Positions 12,495 to 24,415 of a stretch of DNA of 51,364 nt are shown here, in pieces. The first letter of the stretch is position 1, and each line of letters begins with the position of its first letter. The stretch comes from Nemertoderma westbladi (taxonomy: Eukaryota; Animalia; Xenacoelomorpha). The notes below the pieces were generated by a model. That model saw nothing but the letters and a program-made list of their open reading frames with translations, was not told the origin of the DNA and searched no databases. The DNA is taken from contig JAUCBJ010005124.1 in the NCBI GenBank assembly GCA_032718475.1, positions 1 to 51,364 on the forward strand, written 5' to 3'. The position numbers and the translations under genes are program-made.

Positions 12495-14040
12495 TGAATT
12501 TCCGCTTACCTCTAGCGGCAGACTGGAGAAATGCAGATCGACCACCTTCCTCAGAAAGACGCAGCATGTGCTCTAGTACATATGCCAATATTCACTTTAA
12601 ATAAATTAATATCAAGGAATTGGGGACAGTTATACATTTCGCCCTCTAGCGGCAGACTGGAGGACTCCAGACCGTTTACTGCCCACCAAAGACTCAGGCC
12701 GACTTCTACTACATATCTGCTACGTTTCAGCTTGAACGGATCATAAATAACGAGATGGGAGAAAGATTTCACTTTCAAACATTTCGCCCTCTAGCGGCGG
12801 ACTGAAGAACTGCACACGGAGTAGCCTTCAATTCAATTCAATTCAATTCCTTCTTTCAAAGTCACAGCTAATGGTCTAGTACATATCTGCCAAATTTCAG
12901 CATAAATGGATTAAAAGCAAAGAAATGGGAGGACATTTAACGTTTAGACATGTGGCCCTCTAGCAGGAGACTATTGCTCTGATGGTGTCTGAAAGTCTCA
13001 CAAACGTCTCAACTTTAGCTCATATTGATACCTACAAATTTTCAACTTGGCAGCTTTAAATCCGACAAAGTTATTAGCATGTCAAAATCGTAACGACAAC
13101 AACGATTTCACTTTCAGACCTTTGGCCCTCTAGCGGCAGACTGGAGAACTGCAGATGGATTCGCCTCCTTTGAAAGTCACAGCTAATGGTCTAATACATA
13201 TCTGCCAAGTTTCAGCTTAAACGGATTAAAAGCAAAGAAATGGGAGGGCATTTAATGTTTAGACATGTGGCCCTCTAGCGGGAGACCATTGCACTGATGG
13301 TGTCTGAAAGTCTCTCAAAAATCTCAACTTTTGCTCATATTGATACCTACAAATTTTCAACTTGGCAGCTTTAAATCCGACAAAGTTATTAGCATGTCAA
13401 AATCGTAACGACGACAACGATTTCACTTTCAGACCTTTGGCCCTCTAGCGGCAGACTGGAGAACTGCAGATGGATTCGCCTCCTTTGAAAGTCACAGCTA
13501 ATGGTCTAATACATATCTGCCAAGTTTCAGCTTAAACGGATTAAAAGCAAAGAAATGGGAGGGCATTTAATGTTTAGACATGTGGCCCTCTAGCGGGAGA
13601 CCATTGCACTGATGGTGTCTGAAAGTCTCTCAAAAATCTCAACTTTTGCTCATATTGATACCTACAAATTTTCAACTTGGCAGCTTTAAATCCGACAAAG
13701 TTATTAGCATGTCAAAATCGTAACGACGACAACGATTTCACTTTCAGACCTTTGGCCCTCTAGCGGCAGACTGGAGAACTGCAGATGGATTCGCCTCCTT
13801 TGAAAGTCACAGCTAATGGTCTAATACATATCTGCCAAGTTTCAGCTTAAACGGATTAAAAGCAAAGAAATGGGAGGGCATTTAATGTTTAGACATGTGG
13901 CCCTCTAGCGGGAGACCATTGCACTGATGGTGTCTGAAAGTCTCTCAAAAATCTCAACTTTTGCTCATATTGATACCTACAAATTTTCAACTTGGCAGCT
14001 TTAAATCCGACAAAGTTATTAGCATGTCGAAATCGTAACG
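12495..14040. repeat. 315-bp tandem array (two subunits per unit), each subunit carrying GCCCTCTAGCGG
   Basis: Near-identical units recur at about 13124, 13439 and 13754, with diverged units upstream. Confidence 0.93.
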
Positions 14041-14444
14041 ACGACGACGACGACAATGACGACGACGACGACGACAACTATTTGCATAAATTGACCCACC
14101 CCCTAACAGTGTCAATTCGCTAAGGCTCCACCAACTTCGTGGCTCGCCCCACATTAGCCGAAGCCAGCCTATGCGCGACCATTCACCCACGGTTAAGGGA
14201 GACTGGATTCGGATGCTCTGACCTTATTGCGGTGTAGACTTACTGTATTATTCGATTGATCGTTAATATATAATCTCTGACAAATATTATTCACTTTCGG
14301 GAAATATTAACAGTTCCTTTAGGACGTGGCGCTCTAAGTATTTAAACAGAGTTATGACTTACACTAAACACAACGGGATGGCTAATGATTTACGTATAAA
14401 GCGCATTCTTTAGGAAATGCTTTGTTATCTATCACATTCATGCA

Positions 14445-15189
14445 CACTACCGCACACTGCTGCACACTGATCTGCCGACCTTCACTAAATTTGATCATAT
14501 ATAAAGAGAACAGCAACTGACACATGTAGGGTCTATGAAATAGCATTCAATTCACTCCAAAACCACTATAATGTAAGTCGCAATTGCTATATGTAACCGG
14601 TCTCTCTAACCTTTAGTATATCAAGAAGATTGGGGTTTTATGATTATTTATCGATATTCTCCAAATATAACAACATTCCATCAACTGATAACAATTAATA
14701 ACCGACAGTAAATAGCAGTAAAATAATGCGGTGAAAGGTACGTATAGTTATGATATGATAGGTGGTAGAGATGTGACAGGAAAGCCGATGTTCTGGGCTC
14801 AGGAAAAAGGTAAACAAAAAAAAACAAACATTTTTTTATTAACATCGTACATAACAATAACACAAACAGCATATTAAAAAACGGTATATGGAAATTGTAT
14901 GTTTTAAAAATAATGCAACCAACATAATATTAAATTATAGTACAGTACAATGTTAGGAATAGCCCCATGAGGTTATACCTCGTTTCCATGGAGGTTCCTT
15001 TAAATTAAACTGAATTAAACAGAAATTACGTGCAATAATTGTTTAACATGCAAATAAATAAAATATGGTTGACCATAGTACAGTACCTACATAATTAAAA
15101 AAATATACCAACAACTCGAAATATGGAAAACACTAGAAAATTAAGTTAATAGATATAGCAATAGTTATGATGTACCGACTGACACAAAG
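14445..15189 (+). repeat. 745-bp dispersed copy of an internal segment of the 37607-39429 LTR
   Basis: Matches 38236-38980 with only one substitution that I could find. Confidence 0.95.
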
Positions 15190-16444
15190 GACACTTATTC
15201 AAGGAGTTTCATTTCAATGTTTCACGAGCAGATTGGTATTGATATGCACATGTTAAAGAAATGTACAAAATCAAAGCGAATTGTTATGATTCTCAAGGAA
15301 GCAGCTGGGAAGTACTTAAGTGAAATATATATAGCAGCTAGTTCAGAAGATAGCATACCGACAGTTGTTAAATCGAATACTGACATTCAACATCTAAAAA
15401 GAGGTTCTTGTATATTTACTACGAACCGTTTTTTATTAGTGGGATCGTTTTCAATTATTCCTGATGGTTTAAAATTACGTCTAAAATTACATGGACATAT
15501 ACTTGATTTTGTGAGTCATTTGTTCCAGTTGCCATTTCCATGTCATATCAGTAGTTATGGTGAAGTTTTTTTCAAAATAGGAAAGGAATTCTCTAATTTA
15601 GTGATAGGAGATTGGACAGTATGCATCTGCTATACAAGTACATATAATGGGCAACATGTTTTCTATGTTTCAATGTTGTGTAATTAATTATAGTCATATA
15701 TATATATTTAATTTTTTCAGCATTTTTTTTCAGAAATTTTTCATTTAATTTTTTTATTAAATTTCAGCCTCACTGCTTAATGAGGTCGATGATTATGATG
15801 AGAGTGAACCGAAGATTAATGGCGGTGAATATGTTGTCACATATGAAGGGGAGAAATGTATCTGTAGAGTTTTAACTCATGTATTTCTGGAAGAGGAAGA
15901 ATATCTAGTCATCTTGGATAAGGCCCAAGAAATTTATAATATGGGATATAATTACACAACTGTTTTCAGCGTTTTCAGTTTTCAGCTAATCTAGCAGCGC
16001 CAGTTTCACAATACGACCAAACGCCCATTTCCCCTACCACATGGCGCATTGGATTGCATCAAACATCCTGGCTGCCTGGGCAAGGACCAAGAAAGACAAC
16101 CGAATCTCGACGTTAAACCTTATACATATACCCATACGTATTGTAATACGTAATCTTATTTTTAAATTGGTACTTTTTTTTGTTGCCTGGGGAAAAAGTT
16201 CTATTTTTTTTATTTTAATTATTTTTTTTTTTTATCTAGATAATATTTTTTTATTTTATATTATGATCAACCTAAATTATATTAATATTAATAATTAAAT
16301 AATGTAAACAATAAGATATTATAGTGGTCGGTGCTTGTCTCAACAATTCAAATAACCCATCCTATTCTTCTTGCTATAGAAGAATATGTAAAATAGAAAA
16401 TTTACCCACGTTTTCGTGGGTAAAATAAAAAAGTATTAGACATA

Positions 16445-17020
16445 GGGTGGGTGGGTGGGAAGGTGGGTTTAGATAGATGCAGTAATGTATATGGGTGGAG
16501 GGTGGGTTTATAGATAATGCAGTAATGTACAGTATATAGGTGGAGGGTGGGTTTAGATACATTCTGTAATGTATATGGGTGGAGGGTGGGTTTATAGATA
16601 ATGCAGTAATGTACAGTATATAGGTGGAGGGTGGGTTTAGATACATGCTGTAATGTATATTGTTGGAAGGTAGATTTATAGATAATGCAGTAATGTACAG
16701 TATATAGGTGGAGGGTGGGTTTAGACACATGCTGTCATGTATATGGGTGGAGGGTGGATTTATAGATAATGCAGTAATGTACAGTATATAGGTGGAGGGT
16801 GGGTTTAGATACATGCAGTATGCAGTAGTCTATATAGGTCGAGGGTGGGTTTGGATAATGCAGTAATAATATACAGTATATGTGTGGAGGGTGGGTTTAG
16901 ATATAAGCAGGTTGCAGTAGTCTATATGGGTGGAGGGTGGGTTTAGATATATGCAGGTTGCAGTAGTCTATATGGGTCGATGGTGGGTTTAGATAATGCA
17001 GTAATATACAGTATATGGGT
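16445..17020. repeat. G-rich minisatellite with an 84-bp dimeric unit containing GGTGGAGGGTGGG tracts
   Basis: The period is visible (e.g. 16491 and 16575) and degenerates toward 17020. Confidence 0.9.
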
Positions 17021-17039
17021 TACAAGGCGTTCAGATAAA

Positions 17040-17493
17040 TACCACAAGTAGTTTTCCAACTTATTGCGAGCAGAACCAACTAGTGAGCTGAAATTGACTG
17101 GCATCTGTAGCCTCTGTCTTGAAAAACACCTTCATTAAATTGAGGTCGTTCTGAGTGGCATCCTGTACAGAGGTAGAAGTCAGCCAGGCTTTAGTTAAGA
17201 ATACTGATATAAATATAGCCAGGCTGGTGATTGAATCAAGCTGATCAGTTGTATAAGTTGTATAAACATTCTGGATTTCAGATAGTAACAAGGCATCTTG
17301 ATTGGACATCCGTCTTGCATGATGGCATGCGCCTGGGCTTTAATTGTGATGGTTGGCCACCCACAATTAAAACATTGCCTTCTAAAAATAGGAGGGTAAA
17401 TTGAGCAAACTGTAGGTAATGATGTCTAATCGATTGCTTGGTGCTTTTTTCCAAGTATGAAGAAATGAAATAGTTGTCTATACAACTATCCAA
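17040..17493 (-). pseudogene. Decayed DNA transposase fragment (hAT-related, HARWM-type)
   Basis: RHHYLQFAQFTLLFLEG, PGACHHARRMS and FISVFLTKAWL...ATQNDLNLM correspond to the conserved RDDY.E..EL..IFLG / PGA.HHARWM / KAWF..AP.NDL motifs, here in broken frames. Confidence 0.65.
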
Positions 17494-17835
17494 CTATACA
17501 TCCGCTATTCGTATGGGTGGCACACTAAGCCACCGAGTTGAGGGCGGAAACGTTCTTGACTCGCATGGTATACATCTATCGGCTACTACTGGCCAAGGCA
17601 AGTTATACACCACACTACACCACGCCCTCTTCACAGCTGTAAAACACACTATAAAAAAAGTAAAAGCACTATTATATAATTTCTGAGTGGCTCTTTTAAT
17701 GTCAAATCAAATAATCAAACAATCAAATAATGAAAACAGCAGATGACTGACACCTGTGTGGATGTGGGGGTGGGGGAGGGGGGGTGGCGTGGGGGGTTGG
17801 TTTTGGAGGTGGGGGTGCGGTAGGGGTGGTTAGTG

Positions 17836-18182
17836 TAATAACCTGCCACAGTAACGTGATTATTTCCATTAGTCTGCTTATTCGTACCTGCAGTTCCTTG
17901 ACAACATCCTAGTACCAAATTATTTAGTCATTTAGTTTATAAATAATTATTTATAGCCTCAGACACAATCAATCCGTCACTAATGATGATGCACGGAATC
18001 ACATCCGTAAGGAACTGAAAAGATATCACGGTGGTTGGGTGATATCTGGATGGGCTCAGTCTGCTGTAATAGATGCAGCTACGGAGCAGGTAGAACCTGC
18101 CAGGTTCCATATAACAACATCCATCATAAAGAAGGACAAATTTTATCACTTCAATTTATTTATAAGTAAGTTTGAAGAAATT
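17836..18182 (+). repeat. ~345-bp dispersed repeat (second copy at 30645-30992)
   Basis: Near-identical sequence; both copies give the same short MIKFVLLYDGCC ORF. Confidence 0.9.
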
Positions 18183-19467
18183 AACTACATATTTTATGAT
18201 TATTATTACTATTATATTATATTAATTCATGTTTCTAACTGCTACTGAAAAGTAATTCTTTCGGAAACCCTCTCATCCCTATAATTTTCTTTTACAAATC
18301 TTAATGAGATACATTTGGTCGTGTCAGGATTTTTAATGTGATATTTATGTTACATTTGCAGTTATTCTTCTACCTAAATAGTTTTTTTTTATTTGAAAGC
18401 TGTTTGTGGTATGATTAGAATTAATACAATTATATACATTTATTTTTAAATGTAGTTGTGATAATTAAATTATTCTATTAAATAAATACACATATATAGT
18501 TCTGGAACATTTTGTTTCTATATAATAATTTATCTCAATTTTATATCATTTATCTCATCTACCTTGTTGTCCAGCGTATTGCAGCTGGGTAGGGATGGCA
18601 ATTTAAAGTGATCAATCTCTTCAGGAATTTTACGTGAATGAACCATCATTGAGCTACATATAATTATACTAACCAAATTTTCTTAATGTCTGTTTTTTAT
18701 GAAACATAATCGAATAATTAGTGAAAGTTTGACCAGTTTGAAAGATAATTGATGACCATTCACTTGCTATTTTTTTTGGGATGTGGTATGGAGTGGGATG
18801 ACTGCTGCCAACAATTTTGTGAGTCCCTTTACTGATTTCCTTTCTGGCCCAAACCCTGGGTCACCAGGGAGGCCAGATTGTGAGGGGGGGGGGGGGGGGG
18901 GGGGATTCTGGAGTTTGAGGTTCTGTCTGATTAACACTAATTTTGGTATATGGACTACAATTGTAGTTTCTAAATATCAATATCTTCGTAATTAATGCAT
19001 GTGGTTGCCTAAAATTTTGTGTATTCCTAAGGTTTCTACTTACCAACCTATGTATTGGATATTAAAAAATTTCGACCAATCACAGCAGAGAAAATTGCAA
19101 GTTTCACTTACTTTGATATATGGACTACATTTGTAGTCAATTGAACTAAGGTTAATTCTAAGCTTATATCACTATGAGATTCTAATTATAACAGCATAAT
19201 AGCTTTATAACAAACATGATATAGCCTACCCACCAGCCAGACAAGCAAAATAGGCAGCAATTGGCTGATACTGAAGCATCCTCCAGTACTGTACTGTATT
19301 ACAGTATTAGTCAATTAGCCTAGTATTATTATACTTTACATATATACATATACAATAGACGCATTGCAGAGTACTGAAGTATACAGTAGAATTGGTTTCA
19401 CACAGTGTCAGAGTGTAGTTCAATCTGATTATACTCTCAAGTTTCTACCAATAATTTATATTTTACA

Positions 19468-19990
19468 ATGAACGAAGACTTACGCACAATAAACATTGAT
19501 CAGTGGTTGGATGATGGGGAATTTGTAGGGGAAGTTCCGGTACAGTATCTGAACGCAAGTGAATCATCTTTACGACAAGAAGAAAATTCAGGTGATGAAA
19601 TATACTCCAGTATAACTCATTACTCTCATGAATCAGAAACTGATTCCGATAGTAATTATATTATATTATACCGAATCAGTCAGGAGGCAGGATCAGAGTC
19701 ATCCTAGAGTTCCTCTGGAAATGAAACTATTGCAGCCATTGAGCGCAATACCTATGTATCAAAATCCGGCATAAAATACTTTGATTCACCCCCTCTAGCC
19801 TCTACCTACCAAATGTGGGAGAGCTGACATTACAGCATTATAAAGTTTGTGCCTAAAGCGTTGATAAAACCGAAAAATGAGGACAGTTTTAATCTCTTTA
19901 TAACTGAAGAAATGCGATATTTAATTTTGCGAGAATCAAATCATAGAGGACAAATTGTCTACAATAAGACTATAAACGAAAGTGCAAGTA
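19468..19990 (+). pseudogene. piggyBac transposase N-terminal remnant
   Basis: Acidic N-terminus (SGDE..HESETDSDS), then YVSKSGIKY and FNLFITEEMRYLILRESN, typical of the PGBD N-terminal region. Contains stops and frameshifts. Confidence 0.65.
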
Positions 19991-20121
19991 TAAAAAAAAT
20001 TCAGACCATTTTCCATGCTAAAATTTAATTTTTGATTAGGTAGCTTAATCTAACACAGTACCAGTAACTGTCTATCTTAAACTGCGAGCTGAATTTTTAC
20101 AGTGTACCAATGTTTAACTGA

Positions 20122-20307
20122 TATAAGATATAATAAGTAATATCAATCACACACTACTCCAGAATCAGGTTTATATTAACTCCTGCACTCAATACACCAC
20201 CGGTAGGCCTACTCAGTCGTTCCACCCTAACTATCTACCTGTTTGAATTTACCGCCACCTTATATATATCGCAACTCAACCCACAGAGTCTCTTATTGTA
20301 CCTTATA
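20122..20307 (-). repeat. 3' LTR (TATAAG...CTTATA), preceded by a G-run PPT at 20308-20316
   Basis: Direct repeat of 24416-24601. Confidence 0.95.
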
Positions 20308-20370
20308 TCCCCCCCAGTTCTTTAATGAACTCCAATAACGTCTTATATTTTCTCAACAGTTCTACATTTC

Positions 20371-21561
20371 TCAATTGTTTAAGCCATACCGATTGGGAGG
20401 TTTAGATACGCGTCCCACTCGCGTAGTATAATTGATAGGGTTTAAACTATATTGATCGCCATTAGCTTGCATCACATTTCCGTCTACTTGATCGTCAATA
20501 AGTTCAATTCCAGTATGGGTTTCTTCATCACTATCATTATCTTCATTAACTATGGGCCGCAACCCTTCAATTATAGCTGGCTCTAATAGTTCTGTTCTTT
20601 CATAGTCTGCTCCAGCTTTACGAACATGCTGCCTATGACGTCTATAACCATCAACAACCACGGACCAAGAGTCTGGAATTGAATCAATTCTCAAGGGACC
20701 TCTCCAAACCTTATTACATCGTACTGTCTTTGCGGGTTTCACATACACCATATCCCCCACATTAAAATCACATATAATTTCATTGTCTTCTAATTTTTGT
20801 TCTGTTATACCCGGCAATTTTTGAATATGGTTTTCCGCCAACAATTTATATGGTGGGTCGCCTCCATGAGGTGCTGTTCTATTATACCAAAACGATATTT
20901 GAACCGGGTCTTTTCGTGCCCTGGCCGCCCAAGCCTTTATAGTCCGGTGTGACCTCTCAACTGGGTTCCCCTGTGGCCTGTAAGCACATGACGGTTTATT
21001 CTTCACCTCCCATCGTTTTAGAAACGCTTTGAACTCCTTACTGCGAAAAGCTGGACCATTATCATCTATTACTTCCTCTGGTGGTCCCCATTCCACAAAC
21101 ACTTGTTGTAATTCATTTATTAATGTTTGATGAGTCTGATTAGACACTTGCCGCCAAATTACAAATCCTGTTGCACAGTCAAGTATTGTTAGGTATTTTT
21201 TATTCTCATGTTCCGTAAAATCTGTAGATAGTCTCTCCCATCCTTTTTCAGTTTTACAGCTTCCTGAGGCCATTCTAATTGGAGTTGGATCGATCGATTT
21301 ACATCTCTCACAATCTAAACAACATTCTTTAATCCACTCCCTAGGAACATCAATTTCATCGAATTCCTGATCATTTTTACATAATATTTGAGTACGATCC
21401 GTACCTGTATGAGCAATTTGATGAATCTCTTTAATTCTCTCAATCACGCGTGCTTTGTTGCAAGGAACATTGTGTGCTTGTATTCCTATTCCTGCTATTT
21501 CCCTTATGTTTTTATTTTCGTCATTCCCCTTTACCATGATTTCGGAACTCTGGTTAAGCAA
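20371..21561 (-). CDS. Integrase portion of pol (HHCC, DDE, GPY/F-like C-terminus), out of frame with RT-RH
   Basis: IHQIAH...CLDCERC, STDFT, DDNGPAF, NPVERSHRTIK, GDMVYVK...WRGP. Confidence 0.93.
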   Translation of the reverse strand: MLNQSSEIMVKGNDENKNIREIAGIGIQAHNVPCNKARVIERIKEIHQIAHTGTDRTQILCKNDQEFDEIDVPREWIKECCLDCERCKSIDPTPIRMASGSCKTEKGWERLSTDFTEHENKKYLTILDCATGFVIWRQVSNQTHQTLINELQQVFVEWGPPEEVIDDNGPAFRSKEFKAFLKRWEVKNKPSCAYRPQGNPVERSHRTIKAWAARARKDPVQISFWYNRTAPHGGDPPYKLLAENHIQKLPGITEQKLEDNEIICDFNVGDMVYVKPAKTVRCNKVWRGPLRIDSIPDSWSVVVDGYRRHRQHVRKAGADYERTELLEPAIIEGLRPIVNEDNDSDEETHTGIELIDDQVDGNVMQANGDQYSLNPINYTTRVGRVSKPPNRYGLNN

Positions 21562-23351
21562 TCTGCCAGGTTCTTAGTAGATGTAATTTGCTGTATTGTC
21601 ACTTTTATGCCATATTCATCCACCGTCCTCTTTAATAGCTCTAATCGTCTTCTTATTAGCATTTTTGATAGACCTTTTGTCTTCAAACGGTGCTCATCAT
21701 TCAACATTGATTTGATCCAACCATATGCTGAGCTCGAATCTGTATATATTGTAATTGTTTTAAGACCCCACTCAATAGCAATGTTTAACCCCTCAATGAT
21801 CGCAGTCAGTTCTGCTGCATTTATATGCTCAGGGTCATTGTCTTTTCTCAACCATGCTCTATCCTCGGCGACTACCCCACCAATCTTCACTAACGCCCCA
21901 ATGGCTATTGTACTTGCGTCGGCCCATACTTCTCCTACCTGAGTCTTCATTATTGGCCACTGACCTTGTGAGGGATCTACTTTATTGACTCTATCTACCA
22001 CCTCAATGAGTTTCTTTCTAGTGTTCTTACTGATAGAATCATCCATGCTAACTGATGATTCTTGGCGTTGTAGCCACCCACATGCAACGCGCAACCAACC
22101 AGAAATTAAATAATTACCTCGGAGTTGACCAATCACAGCCAATAATTTTCGATGTGTGACTGTCCCTTGAATAGATTCTATTGTCGGTAAATCGCTGTCT
22201 CTGATCCATCGACCATCCTTCACATACACTCCCAATATTCGAGCCCCATTTTTAACCTCCACTGGTTCTTTAGATTCAAGCCCAAATTTCTTCAAATGAT
22301 TTCTAACATCATCAGCTGTAATTCCAGAATCCAGGTCCACATAGACATCATCACGGAAACTTTCTGTGGCTCTCTCAATCTTCTCGTCTTGTTTTAGCAC
22401 AGTCTCTACAATATTGTCAAGTATCTTTGGTGCTTGGCCCAGTCCAAAATCAAGCTTGGTCATACAATATCGTTTGTCCTTATACTCAACAACTTGGTAT
22501 GGATGCAGTTTAGAATCCACATTGACCTGCATATAGGCCCACTTCAAGTCAATCAGTGCTGTCCTTTCACCCATGGTAGCCCACTTTCTCAGTTTCTCAA
22601 CACTGGCAGCTGATTCCGTTCCAGGTTCATTTATAATAAATTGATTCAATTCTCGAAAATCCATTATCGGACGTACTCGATCTTTTTTTGGTTCATTTTT
22701 GTGCATTAGAGGAATGAGTGCTTTTGTTTCCCCGTGAAATTCTTTTAACCATCCTTTCGATATCCATTCACCCATGCCAATATCAAACTTCTCCCGTAGT
22801 TCCTGGGGAATTTTGTACTGCTTTACTCTATTAGTCAGTTTGTCTGGGCTTTGTCCAGTGATGAATCTATACTCTGTTTCCCACGTCTGCCCATTAAATT
22901 GAGCCACAAAGTCGCGCTTTTCTATTGTAATCAAAGGTTCAGGATTAATATTTCCAACTGCACTCATTAATTGTAAATTTGGGACTGAATTAAACAGCAC
23001 ACTAACAGTGTCTTTCGGCCCACATTGAATGGAGATCCCACCCATTTTTTTTATAATGTTCCATCCTATAACTAAGTCTAAGCCCCCAACCATGTCTTCA
23101 ATAACTAAAAATTCACATTTAGGCAAAGTGACATTATTAATTCTAATTTGTGTTTCAATTGTCCCCATAATCATATCTGTTTTTGTACCATCTAACATTG
23201 AAATAGTGTTTCCAGCCATCTTTCGATCTAAAATCCCATTAATCCTAGCACTATATTTATATGAGACAATCGACTGACTACAACCAGTATCTATCAACCC
23301 ATCTACTGCAATTCCACCACATTCTGCCATTATAATTGGCAGATCGCCCAT
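21531..23351 (-). CDS. pol: aspartic protease, RT and RNase H
   Basis: LIDTGCS; RPIMDFRELN, DLKWAYMQV, FGLGQAP, FRDDVY; WADAS, NAAELTA, YTDS, NLADCLTR. Confidence 0.93.
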   Translation of the reverse strand: MGDLPIIMAECGGIAVDGLIDTGCSQSIVSYKYSARINGILDRKMAGNTISMLDGTKTDMIMGTIETQIRINNVTLPKCEFLVIEDMVGGLDLVIGWNIIKKMGGISIQCGPKDTVSVLFNSVPNLQLMSAVGNINPEPLITIEKRDFVAQFNGQTWETEYRFITGQSPDKLTNRVKQYKIPQELREKFDIGMGEWISKGWLKEFHGETKALIPLMHKNEPKKDRVRPIMDFRELNQFIINEPGTESAASVEKLRKWATMGERTALIDLKWAYMQVNVDSKLHPYQVVEYKDKRYCMTKLDFGLGQAPKILDNIVETVLKQDEKIERATESFRDDVYVDLDSGITADDVRNHLKKFGLESKEPVEVKNGARILGVYVKDGRWIRDSDLPTIESIQGTVTHRKLLAVIGQLRGNYLISGWLRVACGWLQRQESSVSMDDSISKNTRKKLIEVVDRVNKVDPSQGQWPIMKTQVGEVWADASTIAIGALVKIGGVVAEDRAWLRKDNDPEHINAAELTAIIEGLNIAIEWGLKTITIYTDSSSAYGWIKSMLNDEHRLKTKGLSKMLIRRRLELLKRTVDEYGIKVTIQQITSTKNLADCLTRVPKSW

Positions 23352-23357
23352 TATTTT

Positions 23358-23405
23358 AGGGAAACGGCCACTAGCGCATATGCCGTTCCCCTCTACTCGT
23401 TTCCC
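23358..23405 (-). promoter_or_regulatory. Programmed -1 ribosomal frameshift signal (G GGA AAC plus a 3' stem-loop) at the gag/pol junction
   Basis: Slippery heptamer at 23405-23399, in the gag frame just before the gag stop. A hairpin GGGGAACGGC...GCCGTTTCCC follows, and the -1 frame is open into pol (GKRVEGNGICASGRFPKIMGDLP). Confidence 0.8.
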
Positions 23406-24400
23406 TGGCTCTGTAGCCTTCCACTTGGCCGCATGGAACTATCTGCTCCAGGTATGTTTGCAGTACAGTTGCGAGCTATGTGGTCTGGTCCTCCACATCT
23501 AAAACAATTACTGGCAATCGAATCCCTATAGTTGTGGTAACTTGATTCTCCCCAACATTCTCGTGCATAGTGTCCACTTTTTCCACATCTGAAGCAGTTA
23601 ATCCCAAATCCTTGGCCTCGACCCCAGGATATATTTACTTGCCCTCGGCCAATTCTGAAATTTCCTCCATCTCTACCACGACCAGTTGTAAGATTGCCTA
23701 TCTCTCGTCCCCGACCGAAACTTATCCCATCTCGCTCTCGATGGAAACTTCCACCTCCTCGGGGATTTTGGAAATTTCCAGGAAATCCTCCAGCAGCTCC
23801 AACAGATCCCATTGGATACGGTAGGCCAGCAACTAATCCCCCTGCAGCTCCTACGGTGCCAGAATCCTTATGTTGTTCTGACAATAGTCTGCGGGCCTGA
23901 ACAATTAGGTTGTTCAGTTCCAATCCATCAACTAAAGCTTTGACCTCCCCAGCTATCCTTTCAGGAAGTCCACTGACGAACTGCAGAGCAATAATTCTTC
24001 TATTAGCTACAACTGTCTCTACCGCGTTTAGTTTTATTTCACCAGCCACTAATCCAAACAGTCGTTTTAAATCGGCTAGGTACGTATCCGCTGCCTCCCC
24101 ATCCTGCAGTTTCCGAATCTTAAACAGTTCGTAGGCAGTATACTCGTTAACAGCAAATGCAGATATTAATGCCTTCTTTATTAGGTCACACTCTTGCTTT
24201 TCGGCGTTAGATAATTGACTCACTACTTCATACGCTGGCCCATCTAACGACAATCGTAAATAAGTTGCCCGCGCCTCCTCTTTTAATCCAGCCTCGACCA
24301 CTAATACATCATAAGTGTCATTAAATATCGCCAGCCACTGACTCGGATCTGTACTACCACCATTATACTTCTTAACATAATCTGAGAGTTTTGGAGCCAT
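23393..24400 (-). CDS. gag with two CCHC zinc knuckles and an RGG-rich region
   Basis: CFRCGKSGHYAREC and CFRCGGPDHIARNC, plus a capsid-like N-terminal region. Confidence 0.93.
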   Translation of the reverse strand: MAPKLSDYVKKYNGGSTDPSQWLAIFNDTYDVLVVEAGLKEEARATYLRLSLDGPAYEVVSQLSNAEKQECDLIKKALISAFAVNEYTAYELFKIRKLQDGEAADTYLADLKRLFGLVAGEIKLNAVETVVANRRIIALQFVSGLPERIAGEVKALVDGLELNNLIVQARRLLSEQHKDSGTVGAAGGLVAGLPYPMGSVGAAGGFPGNFQNPRGGGSFHRERDGISFGRGREIGNLTTGRGRDGGNFRIGRGQVNISWGRGQGFGINCFRCGKSGHYARECWGESSYHNYRDSIASNCFRCGGPDHIARNCTANIPGADSSMRPSGRLQSQGNE

Positions 24401-24415
24401 GTTGCCCGGTTAGCT

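Larger units (their letters stand above)
12008..14153 (+). mobile_element. DINE/HINE-like (Helentron-associated) non-autonomous element, copy 1
   Basis: 5' end TTACACGAAGTGGGGCCTTCGCGCAGCACG and 3' end CGCTAAGGCTC..ACTTCGTGGCTCGCCCCACA are both shared with 44686-47145. It has short asymmetric subterminal IRs, internal tandem arrays and a (GAC)n microsatellite before the 3' end. Confidence 0.6.

Noticed and set aside
15217-15687. 156-aa ORF
   Set aside because: No recognisable motif on either strand, so no product call can be supported.
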